The notes below the pieces were generated by a model. The model was given only the letters and a program-made list of their open reading frames with translations, made no database searches and was not told the DNA's origin. Of a stretch of DNA of 64,000 nucleotides, positions 15,288-27,369 are shown in pieces (positions within the stretch are counted from its first letter, which is position 1; every line of letters begins with the position of its first letter). Position numbers and translations under genes: made by a program. This stretch comes from Octopus sinensis (taxonomy: Eukaryota), in NCBI RefSeq assembly GCF_006345805.1, contig NC_043017.1, forward strand, positions 18,104,001 to 18,168,000, given 5' to 3'.

Positions 15288-16896
15288 GGTTAATATAGGG
15301 CGTAACAAATATCAGAAAATCAAAAAAAAAATGTGTGTAATAGGTGTAAAACAACTTCCTATGAACGAATATGAAAAAAAAAATTCGCGCACGCGAAAGG
15401 GGGGTGGGGGAGAGGCTTCGGAAATTTCACATCTTCAGTCCACGGCCTTTAAACTAAGAAAAAATAGTGTAATTGGTGTAAAACTACTTGTTCTCAACGA
15501 GTATCAAGAACACACACTCACACATGAATCATAAACTCCGTATTTCGCAAAAAAAAAAAAAAAGAGAAGAAATTCTGGAAAAAGTGAAGAAATGTTGGAT
15601 CTCACTCCTTGGTTAAAGCTATTTTAAACATTAAATTTATGCTTTTCTTTGAAATAGTTCAGATATATGCAATTCTCACTTATTAAGATGCATTTATCAG
15701 AAAAAAAGAGACAGAAAAAATTATTATTTTGTGTCAATCCTTCCCTAATTATCCTTTATTAATTAGTTTTGGCGTGTATTTTTTTCCCAAATTTATTTTT
15801 TCACCTTTACAACACTGTTTAGTAAAGCAATTAATTATCTTTATAATTTGCATATTTGACTTATTAATCAAAATTCTCTAGATGTAATATATACTAAGTA
15901 ATGCATCCTTCATTTATGTGTTCCGTTCTGTATTATGCATGCGTGACTGTTTGTATGTAAGTGTGTTTAACTGTGCACATGAATGTGAATATTAAAGAAC
16001 ATATTTATTTACTATGATTGTTATTTTCAGAACAAATAAATCTTTTGGCTGTTATGTTATTGATGTTATTATTATTGCTAGTTAAAGGGTGGTGACTTGG
16101 CTGAATATTTTGAGTCTTGTAGTATGTAGTTGTGTTAGTCAATATTCTGAGTTCAAATCCAACTCATTTCTTTATCATCATTATCGATGGACCACTCAAA
16201 GAGGTATGTATACATTATCATTTTCGTAACATAATTTCAAGATGTTTCTGACACGTATTTTGATTCACATGGCGGAGATCCAACATTTCTTCACCTTTTC
16301 CAGAATTTCTTCTCTTTATTTTTTTTTTTTGCGAAATACGGAGTTTATGATTCATGTGTGAGTGTGTGTTCTTGATACTCGTTGAGAACAAGTAGTTTTA
16401 CACCAATTACACTATTTTTTCTTAGTTTAAAGGCCGTGGACTGAAGATGTGAAATTTCCGAAGCCTCTCCCCCACCCCCCTTTCGCGAGCGCGCATTTTT
16501 TTCATGATAGTCGTTTAGAGCAAGTTGTTTTACACCTATTACGCTGTTTTTGTTTTTGTTTTTGTGCCCGGTTCAGACGCTTTCGGAAATTCCCGATATA
16601 AATATTCCGAGGCCTCTCCCCCACCCCTCTTTCGCGAGAGCGCATTTTTTTTTGTCATATTCGTTTAGAGCAAGTTGTTTTACACATATTACACTATTTT
16701 TTTTTTGTTTTGGTGCCCGGGTCAGCCCCTCAGACGCTTTCGGAACTTCCCGATGTGAATTTTCCGAGGCCTCTCCCCCACCCCCCTTTCGCGTGCGCGA
16801 ATTTTTTTTTTCATATTCGTTCATAGGAAGTGTTTTACACCTATTACACACATTTTTTTTTTGATTTTCTGATATTTGTTACGCCCTATATTAACC
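15288..16896. mobile_element. Non-autonomous foldback/Merlin-like DNA transposon with long asymmetric TIRs and an 8-bp TSD (ACTTGCTT)
   Basis: Arms 15288-15603 and 16275-16896 are inverted; TSD at 15280-15287 and 16897-16904; single-copy empty sites near 31440 (-) and 37484 (+). Confidence 0.85.
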
Positions 16897-18229
16897 ACTT
16901 GCTTTAGCTAACATTGCCTTTTGTTGTCTTAATACTTTCAGTATTTTACTTTCTACACTCCATTTCAATGCTCGTTATTCCTCCATATCTTCAGATCAAC
17001 GCAAAGAGAAAGTTTGTATTTCTTAATGTCATTTCGGAACATTGTTTAGTCGCCATTTACCTTTATTTCTATACATACTTGACAACTCATGGTGAAATTC
17101 TGGTTTCAGCACTCCATGTACTTCCTCGTAGCTTACATATATTTTTAAAATTTACTTGCCCTTGTTTACCCTACCTACCTATCCTCTATGGTAAATTTTT
17201 ACAAGTTCACCACCATGTTCTTCACTAGAAAAAACCCCAAAGAACTTCGGATTATTCGCGTGGAATCAAGTACCCTGAACTCCTAATATGCCGCAAACTC
17301 CTTATTTTGGCTCGGAAAAAGAAGGGGCGGGGTGAGAAACCCCCCTCACAGGAATTATTGGAATTTTTTTTTAATCAATTATACCACAACATACCACAAA
17401 AGACTTTTTTATCCAGAAAAAAGATGGAGTGCAGTGGAATACACGGAAATTCACCCCACTTCCCGTATCATTGGAAAATATTTTCTTTTTTTTTTTAGTT
17501 GAATGAAATACGGTGACTTCCTAATGTGTCACAAAATACTTTTTTTCTTTTGACCGAGGTGAGGTGATGTGAAACCCTCGTAAATTTCAACCGCTCCTCC
17601 CTCATTTCATGGAGAAATTTTTTTTTTTTGCTGTTTGTTAATATATGCACAAAACACTTCTTTTTGTCCAGAAAATAGGGAGTGGTGTGGGGTGGAGTGT
17701 AACCCGCGGAAATTTCACCCCCCCCCCATCGGAATCCTTAGTCCATCAGATAAAATGCTTTGCAGCATTTTTGCTCTCTCTTTGCACACCTCATTGAAGT
17801 CAGGTTTGTCTTTCACTCTTTTCGGGTTGTTAAAATGAAGTACTACTTGAGTTTATGCCAAAAACCTGAACCAAATAAAAGAAATGTAGTAAAACGTCTA
17901 CTTTTTATAGAAATATCCTCTATATTTTATATTTGTTCTCCTTTTATTTCAGAACATAGATGATGATGCCATAAAAGAATTATTTGCCTGAGATCCATCA
18001 ATATTTATCATCTTGTGAGGACAGAAAGACTCAATGAAAAACATTACCAGCAAAAAACACAGATTAATAGCTGAATTTTCTGTCTGGAATGTGTACAAAA
18101 TGAATTTATATTCTAATTAAAATTGGATTACAAAGGAGTTTGCAGCATCTTCAAATATTAATCAAGATCACAGTTGACAAAACTATAGCAGAAGAAAAAA
18201 CATCTCCATATTGTGGAGAGCGATAAAGA

Positions 18230-19672
18230 ATGACGGAAAACAAAATGTGTGAAAGCAAAGCCCAATATAAAACACCGAGGCAAAGAGTGAATTTCCCCAA
18301 TGATATTAAGAAAGAAGAGAGGAAAATATTATATCAGTGTGATATCTGTAAAAAATCATTCTCTTATAAATGTAACTTTACAACTCACAAATGTATTCAT
18401 AAAGGAGAGAAACCATATCACTGTGATATCTGTGGTAAATCATTCTCTGTAAGTAGTCACTTAACTACTCACAGACGTATTCATACAGGAGAGAAGCCAC
18501 ATCACTGTGATATCTGTGCTAAATCATTCTCTCAAAGTAAGGATTTAACTGTACATAGACGTATTCATACAGGAGAGAAGCCATATGACTGTGATATCTG
18601 TGGCAAATCTTTCTCTGTAAGGAGTCAATTAACAACTCACAGACGTATTCACACAGGAGAGAAGCCATATCACTGTGATATCTGTGGTAAATCATTCTCT
18701 CAAAGTAATGATTTAACTGTACACAGACGTATTCATACAAAAGAGAAGCCACATCACTGTAACATCTGTGGTAAATCATTCCCTCAGAGTGGGCACTTAA
18801 CTATGCATAGACGCATTCATACAGGAGAGAAGCCACATCACTGTGATATCTGTGGTAAATCATTCTCTCAGAATGGTGAGTTAACTGTACACAGACGTAT
18901 TCATACAGGAGATACACCATATCACTGTGATATCTGTGGTAAATCATTCTCTGTAAGTAGTACCTTAACTACTCACAGACGTATTCATACAGGAGAAAAG
19001 CCATATCGCTGTGATATCTGTGGTAAATCATACGCTGACAGTAGTCAGTTAACTGTACACAGACGTGTTCATACAGGAGAAAAGCCATTTCAGTGTAATA
19101 TCTGTGGTAAATTTTTCTCTCAGGGTAGTAACTTAGCTACACATAAACATATCCATAGAGAAGGGAAACCATATCACTGTGTTACATGTGGTAAATCATT
19201 TTCCGATAGTAGCCACTTAACAAAGCATAAACGTATTCACACAGGAGAGAAACCATATCAGTGTGATATCTGTGGTAAATCATTCTCTCACAGTAGTCAG
19301 TTAACTGTACACAGACGTATTCATACAGGAGAAAAGCCATATCACTGTGTTATCTGTGGTAAATCATTCTCTGCATGTAGTACCTTAACTACTCACAGAC
19401 GTATTCATACAGGAGAGAGGCCATATCACTGTGATATCTGTGATAAATCATTCTCTCAGAATGGGGAGTTAACTGTACATAGACGTATTCATACAGGAGA
19501 GAAACCATATGACTGTGATATCTGTGGTAAATCGTTCTCTATATGCTTTAACTTAATTACACACAAGCGTATTCATACAGGAGAGAAGCCATACCACTGT
19601 GATGTCTGTGATAAATCATTCTCTGTCAATAGTGCATTAGGTAAACACAAACGGATTCATACAGGAGAATGA
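18230..19672 (+). CDS. C2H2 zinc-finger protein C (480 aa, 16 fingers; ends at a premature TGA in a linker)
   Basis: ORF track; TGA at 19670-19672 replaces AGA/AAG in TGE[R/K]PY; acceptor at 17952/17953. Confidence 0.9.
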   Translation: MTENKMCESKAQYKTPRQRVNFPNDIKKEERKILYQCDICKKSFSYKCNFTTHKCIHKGEKPYHCDICGKSFSVSSHLTTHRRIHTGEKPHHCDICAKSFSQSKDLTVHRRIHTGEKPYDCDICGKSFSVRSQLTTHRRIHTGEKPYHCDICGKSFSQSNDLTVHRRIHTKEKPHHCNICGKSFPQSGHLTMHRRIHTGEKPHHCDICGKSFSQNGELTVHRRIHTGDTPYHCDICGKSFSVSSTLTTHRRIHTGEKPYRCDICGKSYADSSQLTVHRRVHTGEKPFQCNICGKFFSQGSNLATHKHIHREGKPYHCVTCGKSFSDSSHLTKHKRIHTGEKPYQCDICGKSFSHSSQLTVHRRIHTGEKPYHCVICGKSFSACSTLTTHRRIHTGERPYHCDICDKSFSQNGELTVHRRIHTGEKPYDCDICGKSFSICFNLITHKRIHTGEKPYHCDVCDKSFSVNSALGKHKRIHTGE

Positions 19673-20177
19673 CCATACCACTGTGATATCTGTGATAAAT
19701 CATTCTCTGTCAATAGTGCATTAGGTAAACACAAACGGATTCATACAGGAGAAAGACCATATCAGTGTAATATTTGTGATAAATCATTCTCTGTCAATAG
19801 TGCATTAGGTAAACACAAACGGATTCATACAGGAGAAAGACCATATCAGTGTGATATCTGTGATAAATCATTCTCTGTCAATAGTGCATTAGGTAAACAC
19901 AAACGGATTCATACAGGAGAAAGACCATATCAGTGTAATATTTGTGGTAAATCATTCTCAGGAAGTAGTAATTTGACTACTCACAAACTCATTCACACAG
20001 GAGAGAAACCCTATCACTGTGACATCTGTGGTAAATCATTCTGTCAAGCTGGTCAGGTCATGTCTCATAAACGTATCCATACAGGAGAGAAACCATTCCA
20101 CTGTGACGTGCGGTAATTCATTTGCTGAAAAAAGTCACCTAAAGAGACATATCAGTGTTCATCGTGATTCATCATGA
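19673..20177 (+). pseudogene. Post-stop finger tail of ZNF-C (3 more VNSAL fingers, GSSNL, QAGQV, frameshifted EKSHL finger)
   Basis: Finger sequence continues in frame after the TGA; 2-nt deletion (gacgtgcggtaat vs gacatgtgtggtaat in G) near 20107; ends with the homologous ...VHRDSS* at 20175-20177. Confidence 0.88.
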
Positions 20178-21949
20178 TTCTGTATCAAAATTTAGCTTGT
20201 AGGGAAATAAAATCCTAATAACTGGTTCAACTGAATGTTTCTTGATCAAATTATTTTTGTCTTTTGCTTGTTAGTCATCATCATCATATAACATCCGTTT
20301 TCCATGCTGGCATGGATCGGACAGTTTGACTGAAAACTATTAATCTGGAGAGCTGCACCATGTTCCAATCTGATTTGGCAGCATTTCTACTGCTGGATGC
20401 CCTTCCTGACATCAACCACTCCAAGAGTGTAGTGGGTGTGTTTTATGTGCTACTGGCATGGGTTCCCTTGACCTGACATGACATCAGCCACAACTACGAT
20501 CTGACTTGTCTACACAGCAAAACGATCTTCTTAATTACACAGACATGCCTGCGATGCTACTTAAATTATTTCATTGTTTTGAAATTTTATACGGCTAAAT
20601 ATTTTGTCCCTATTGTCCACTCATCAGCATCGTCGTTTTAACATCAACTTTTCCATACTTTTCTATGGGTCAGATGGACATCATTGAGGAAGATTATCTA
20701 CAGCTTGAGGCTCTCCCTATGCCCAACCCACCCTCTCCTCAAGCAAGGTAACCTTTTCCCTTCATTAGTGGCATTTTGTTTGTCTCTACGTTCTGAGTTC
20801 AAATTCTGCTGAGGTTAACTTTGCCTTTTATTATTTCGGGGTCAATAGAATAAGATGCAGTTGAGCAGTGGGCTGGGGCTGGAGGGATGTCAATGGTATT
20901 GACTGAAAATGAAACAAAAGCAATCCATAAAAAATATGAAAATTGACTGGGATATCCTAAGTAAGAGCAACAAATATGTAAATAAATAATCTATTAAATA
21001 ATCTGTTCGATAACCCGTTGGTATTTCGTTTTTATCTAATGAGAAATTTAATTTTTAATAAAAACGTTTTAACACTAATAACAGAGTTGTTAAACTGACT
21101 TGGAAAAGCCTACAAATAAATATATATAATACATGATGTGTATTTTTATGTAGGTGTGGTTATCTTGTCAGAAGCTTTCTTCCCAACCACATGGTTATTG
21201 GTTCAGTCCCATTGCATGACACCTTTGTCAAGTGTCTTCTACCAGAGCTTTGGGCTGTCAAAAGCCTCTTCAGTGGATTTGGTCGAAGAAAACTGAAAGA
21301 AGTTCATTGTGTGTGTATATATATATATATATATGTCTGTGTGTATGTCTTTTTTTCCACCATCACTACTTGACAACTGGTGTTGGTGTGTTTACATCCC
21401 CATAACTTAGCAGTTTGGCAAAAGAGATCATTACAGTAAGTACCAGGCTTTAAAAAAAAAAATCCTTATTTTGATTCATTCAATTAAAGTTCTTCAAAGC
21501 AGTGCCCCAGCATGGCCACAGTCTAAAGAGTGAAACAAGTAAAAGATGGAGGATAAAAGATTGTTAACAATAATTGCTGTTGGTTACTTTGTTGACCAAC
21601 AGGTTTAAAACCCCTTCGCCAGTGTGATCCAAGCACTGGAAGAAGTGTGTGGAGCATGAGGACTATATTGAAAACTAAACCTCATTTGGGCAGCCAATGA
21701 AATTTTCAGCCGACCCTGATAGGTCCATTTCATGAGATTTAATAAATGACTTTTTAAGTATTTATTTCATTTTTATATTTAGTTTGCAAGATTCTTCATG
21801 TGAATTCGCTTGTTGAAACGTGTGTTTGGAGGATCATAATGTCAATAATAATAAACATATGCACTGCTTCACAGACAGAGCCACAAGTTTCCTCTTAAAA
21901 TTAATGATATTGGAGAAAAGTTGTCAAGTTTATATGATACGAATAAAGG

Positions 21950-23512
21950 GATGCTGTCAGTAAGGTGAGGGTTGGCAACAAGTACAGTGAAGAATTCTGG
22001 GTAGAGGTAGGGGTCCACCAAGGTTCAGTCCTCAGCCCCCTCCTATTTATCATAGTCCTCCGGGCAATAACAGAGGAGTTCGAGACAGGATGACCCTGGG
22101 AGCTCTTCTATGCTGACGACCTTGCTGAGTCACTATCAGAACTAGAGAAGTTTCAAGTGTGGAAACAAGGATTAGAATCAAAGGGCCTTAGAGTCAACCT
22201 AGCTAAAACCAAAGTTCTAAGTAGGAAGGCAGGCAAACCACAAATCCCTTCAGGTAGAAACTCTATAAGATGTACCCAGTGTAAGCTATGGACACATAAG
22301 AGGTGAAGCAATATCAAGGGAAGGCTAACCGGGAAGATAGTTTTTGTATGTGGCAGATGCTCAGGAGAAATAAACACTGAAAATCTGCAGAGAACAACTT
22401 CCATCATTTTCCGAGGAGAAAAACTAGAAGTAGTTGATAGCTTCCATTACCTAGGTGACCAAGTCAGTAGCGGAGGAGGGTGCTCTGAAAGTGTAGCTGC
22501 TAGAATAAGAATAGCCTGGGCAAAGTTCAGGGAGCTCTTACCTCTGCTGTACGAACAGCCATGCTACATGGCAGTGAAACATGGCCATGACTACTGAGGA
22601 CATGCATAAGCTCGCAAGGAATGAAGCCCTATGCTCTGATGGATGTGTAATGTCAGTGTGCATACTCGACAGAGTGTTAGTACCTTGAGAGAAAAGTTGG
22701 ACTTAAGAAGCATTAGATGTGGTATGCAAGAGAGACGATTGTGCTGGTATGGCCATGTGGCGAAAATGGATATGGATAGCTGTATGGAAAAGTCCCACAC
22801 CCTAACAGTTGAGGGAACCTGTGGAAGAGGTAGACCCAGGAAGACCTGGGATGAGTTCGTGAAGCATGACCTTCGAACACAGCCTCACTGAGGCAATGAC
22901 TAGTGACTGGGACCTTTGGAAATATGCTGTGCTTGAGAAGACTCAGCACGCTCAAGTGAGACCATAACCTTGTGGCCTCTGCCAGGGCTGTAACCAGACA
23001 ACTTATGCATACCTTTCCTTCATTGGTCACTAACCTTTGCTTGTGAAGACCTGTTGAGGCAAGTGAAATCGAGATTGAAATCAAATTCGATGACTGGCTA
23101 GTGGAGCGCTAAGAGTACCATACGAGTGTGATCATTGCCAGAGCAACAAGCTGGCCTCCGTGCCGGTGGCACATAAAAAATACCATTCGAGGGTGATCGT
23201 TACCTGCATTGCCTTACTGGCACTTGTGGCTGGTGGTATGTCAAAAAACATTTGAGCAAGGTCATTGCCAGTTCCGCTGGGCTGGCTCCTGTGCAGGTGG
23301 CACATAAAAAGCACCTTTTGAGCGTGGCTGTTACCAGTACTGCTTGACTAGCCTTCTTGCCGGTGGCACATAAAAGCACCCACTACACTCTTGAAGTGGT
23401 TGGCATTAGGAAGGGCATCCAGCTGTAGAAACTCTGCCAGATCAGATTGGAGCCTGGTGCAGCCATCTGGTTCACCAGACCTCAGTCAAATCGGACGTTA
23501 AACGATGATGAT
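21950..23512 (+). mobile_element. 5'-truncated RTE-clade LINE: decayed RT plus ~600-bp 3'UTR ending in (GAT)n
   Basis: GVHQGSVLSPLLFIIV...YADD RT motifs; C-terminal RLCWYGHV..RGRPRKTW; tail ggacgttaaacgatgatgat. Confidence 0.9.
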
Positions 23513-23573
23513 CCATCATGGCTGACCTAGTCATTTATTTTATTTTATTGACCTAACACCAAGAAAGATGACG

Positions 23574-23730
23574 GGATCTTTTCACTTTGACCGGCAGATT
23601 TTAAAAATAATTTCTTTGTAACTAAACACTTTTAAATTTCGTATACGGGTAGAATGTGTCACATAAAACATCTTTTTCTCTTGGTATTCTTGAGAAAATT
23701 CTGTAGTTTGTAAGCTATTTCTTGTTTAAT
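23574..23730. mobile_element. Truncated left end of a GGATC-TIR MITE
   Basis: gggatcttttcactttgaccggcag...ggtagaatgtgtcacataaaacatctttttctcttgg. Confidence 0.65.
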
Positions 23731-23864
23731 TTCATCCTATTTCAGATGTTAAATGATGATGATGATGACCAAAAAGCAAAAGAAAACAAAATAATTTGAT
23801 CAAGAAACATTGTTATACGATTTATTAGATTTTATTTGCATACAAGCTGAATTTTGATACAGAA

Positions 23865-24497
23865 TCATGATGAATCACGATGAACACTGATATGTCTCTT
23901 TAGATGACATTTCTCAGCAAATGAATTACCACAGACACCACAGTGGAATAGTTTCTCTCCTGTATGGATGCATTTATGAGACGTGACCTGACCAGCTTGA
24001 CTGAACGATTTACCACAGATGTCACAGTGATAGGGTTTCTCTCCTGTGTGAATGAGTTTGTGAGTAGTCAAATTACTACTTCCTGAGAATGATTTACCAC
24101 AAATATTACACTGATATGGTCTTTCTCCTGTATGAGTCCGTTTGTGTTTACCTAATGCACTATTGACAGAGAATGATTTATCACAGACATCACAGTGGTA
24201 TGGCTTCTCTCCTGTATGAACACGTTTATGTCTAGTTAAGTTAAAGCATATAGAGAACGATTTACCACAAATATCACAGACATATCGTTTCTCTTTTGCA
24301 TGAATACTTCTGTGTACAGTTAACTCATCATTTCGACAGAAGGATTTACCACAGATATCACAGTGATGTGGCTTCTCTCCTGTATGAATAAGTTTGTGAG
24401 TTGTAAAGTTACATTTATAAGAGAATGATTTTTTACAGATGTCACACTGATATAATATATTCCCCTTCTCTTTCTTAATATCATTGTGGAAATTCAT
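23865..24497 (-). CDS. C2H2 zinc-finger protein D (210 aa from the downstream Met, 7 fingers); ancestral start at 24554 is interrupted by TAG at codon 17
   Basis: ORF track; upstream in-frame [21 protein letters not shown] matches the E/G leaders (NTQWQR); acceptor at 24841/24840. Confidence 0.88.
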   Translation of the reverse strand: MNFHNDIKKEKGNILYQCDICKKSFSYKCNFTTHKLIHTGEKPHHCDICGKSFCRNDELTVHRSIHAKEKRYVCDICGKSFSICFNLTRHKRVHTGEKPYHCDVCDKSFSVNSALGKHKRTHTGERPYQCNICGKSFSGSSNLTTHKLIHTGEKPYHCDICGKSFSQAGQVTSHKCIHTGEKLFHCGVCGNSFAEKCHLKRHISVHRDSS

Positions 24498-25539
24498 TCT
24501 TTGCTACTGTGTATTATATTGGGCTTTGTTTTCACACATTTCATTTTCCATCATTCTTTATCTCTCTCCATAATATAGATGCCTTTTTTTCTTCTGCTAT
24601 ATTTCCATCAACTGTGATCGTAATAAATATTCAAAGATGCTGCAAACTCCTTTGTAATCCAATTTTAATTAGAATATAAAATCATTTTCTACACATTCCA
24701 AACAGAAAGACAGAAAATTCAGCTATTAATCTCTATTTTTTGCTGGTAATCTTTTCCATCGAGTCTTTCTGTCCTCACAAGATGATAAATATTGATGGAT
24801 CTCAGGCAAATAATTCTTTTACAGCATCATCATCTATATTCTGAAATAAAAGGAGAACAAATATAAAATATAGAGGATATTTCTATAAAAAGTAGACATT
24901 TTACTACATTTCTTATATCTTCTTGTTTCAGATTTTTGGTTTAAACTCAAGTAGTACTTCCCTTTATCAACCCAAAAAGGGTGAAAGACAAACCCAACCT
25001 CAATGAGGTGTGCAAAGAGAGAGAAAAAATGCTGCTAAGCATTATATGAGTCGATTATATTGACACCAGTACTTAGCTGGTACTTAATTTTATTGATCCC
25101 AAAAGGATGAAAAGTTTAAGCAAACCTTATAACACTTCATAACTTTTTCTGTTTTGGGAAATTTTCAGAAAACCTTTGTGAATTTGTGTTCTACACACAG
25201 GAATTCATGTGATTATGGAAAAAAAAAGGTTGATTTTAATTCAACCTTTTTAAATATTGGAAATCCTTTGAAATCCAAATTCGCAATGTTAAAAATATTC
25301 ACACATATGCACAGCCTATTATGGATTCTGAATCAATGTACACTATGTAATCAATCATAACTTTTGTTGGTATTTTCAGAATTATTTTGTCAATTTGTGT
25401 TCTACACACTGGACCTTGTATAATTATGGGAAATAAATTTTTCAATTAAAATTTTTCCATTCTTCTTCCCACCCAATAATCCTCAAATTCAACTTAATCC
25501 ATATCAAACACAGATGTTGTTTCTCTCTAGAATACTTAC

Positions 25540-26840
25540 ATGTTAATATAGAGCCAATGACGAAGATGTCGTGATAGATTCAAGTAGTCACAACTCAGAC
25601 TGGGCAATGACAGCTTCAATATTTTACAACAAACCTTCGTTTAGGTTTTTCACATCGATATAATAAAGAAAGCTGTAGTATTATCTCTTCATATTTAATT
25701 AGCAATCATCTCTAATTAACTGGATCACCTAAATGTCTGTTATAAACTAAGGATCGGCTAAATTAGATCTGTCCTAGAAATTAAAGATGTTTATCAAACA
25801 ATAGAATAATTTAGCTCGTCTTAACAATTCTCTCTCCGCTTTCAACATAAGTCTTTATATATATTCTGGTTTCCTTGAATTATTCTTTTATCTTCTAAAA
25901 GATGTAAATGCGAGCATTTCTGGTCCGTATTACTAAAAACGGTGTCCAAACATATATATACCTCAAAATGACATGTTCCATATACTTCGGTGTGTTTTTT
26001 TTCTTCTCGTTTTAGAATAAGTTTAGAAAGTGAAAATGAAAATAAATCAACCCTTAAGATCAATATTAGATTAATGATGAAATTACGATGTCATTTTTGT
26101 GTAAAAATATTACTATGTAAAGTGGTGAAGATAATTACTTTCAATTATATTTTTATGAGTTCATATTTTGAAATAAAAGGAATCAGGGATCTAATGCAGT
26201 TTTGCACCTCTGATGGAAAAATGCATTTTTTGATAATATTTTTCGGATACGTTTAAATGTCGGAGATTACGAATATGCAAAAAAAAAAATTAGATTCACC
26301 CCACTCCTACCAGCGAATTAAAAATTTTGAATTCGTTTACTTTCAAGAGAACGTCGCGAAATGACGAACATATGCAAATCGAAATTAAATATAGACAAAA
26401 ACATTAAAGTAAAAAGAATTTGCGCTTTACTTGTGTTTGCCTTAAATAATCGTAAAACATTTTCATCCATTTATTTCTTTGTCTGTCTATTTATCCGTAT
26501 CTGTTTATATCTATCTATCTGTCTGTCTGTCTATAAACATAACTTTATGCTTACTCACCGAATAAGAAAAATCAGAAATGTGTTTTTGTGTGACTGGGTG
26601 TGAGATCCGCCGGAGAGGCGGGGCGAAATTTGAAAAATCTAAAATTAGGGAGAATGGGAGGATCTTTTCAGTCTGGCGGCCAGATTTTAATAATGAAATT
26701 ATTGTATACAGTGCTCAGGTGCACTTTGAAAATTCGGATGCTAGTAGAATGTATCACATAGAACAGGGTTTACTCTTAACGTTTTTGACAAAATTTTGTA
26801 TTTTAGAAGCCTATGATCAAGACCTTTCCCATCCGTAACC
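25540..26840. repeat. Direct segmental duplication (upstream of D), paralog at ~31500-32860 (upstream of E); inverted partial paralogs at ~14620-15290 and ~36760-37740
   Basis: Long near-identical stretches, e.g. the ORFs at 26361 and 32399 translate almost identically. Confidence 0.9.
26559..26650 (-). other. Putative non-coding first exon / GC-box promoter of ZNF-D
   Basis: Minus-strand donor TCG|gtgagtaag at 26559/26558; GC-rich GGCGGGGCG patch at ~26617; duplicated upstream of E. Confidence 0.5.
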
Positions 26841-27369
26841 GTTCCAAAGACAATGGGCGATCTTTCTTACTTTGGAGGAAATAAAAACAAGAACCAATGT
26901 AACAATACAAGAAAAAAAAATGTCCTCAAATAGTCTTAAAAAAACGACGATGGCCGCTAAGATATATTTTAGGATATTTTTTGTTTATCAACATTTATTA
27001 ACATAATAGTATAATTTTATTAAATATTCTTTCTACACTTGGCAAAACATGTAAAGTTTTGTGGGGAGCAAGAGAGTCGATTACCTTGACCCAAGTGCTC
27101 AACTCCTACTTATTTTATCGATCCCAGAAGGATGAAAGGTAAAGTCGACCATGGTGGTATTTGAACTCTTAGAGGCGGACGAGATGTTGCTAAGCGTCTC
27201 CTAGCTGTGTTGGGAATAAGTTTGCTTCCCAATCATGTAGTTTATAAGTTTAATCCCACTGGAATCACTTTGGACAAGTGTCTTCTATAGCCCTAGGCCA
27301 ACTGAAGCCTTATCCATGGATTTGGGAGAAAGAAATTGAAAGAGCTCAGTTCTCAGTCTCCTCTTCCTG

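Noticed and set aside
19670-19672. TGA in C as selenocysteine or an editing-rescued codon
   Set aside because: No SECIS recognisable; UGA has a disfavoured 5' G for ADAR and Trp would not restore the linker Arg/Lys; the downstream tail is also frameshifted
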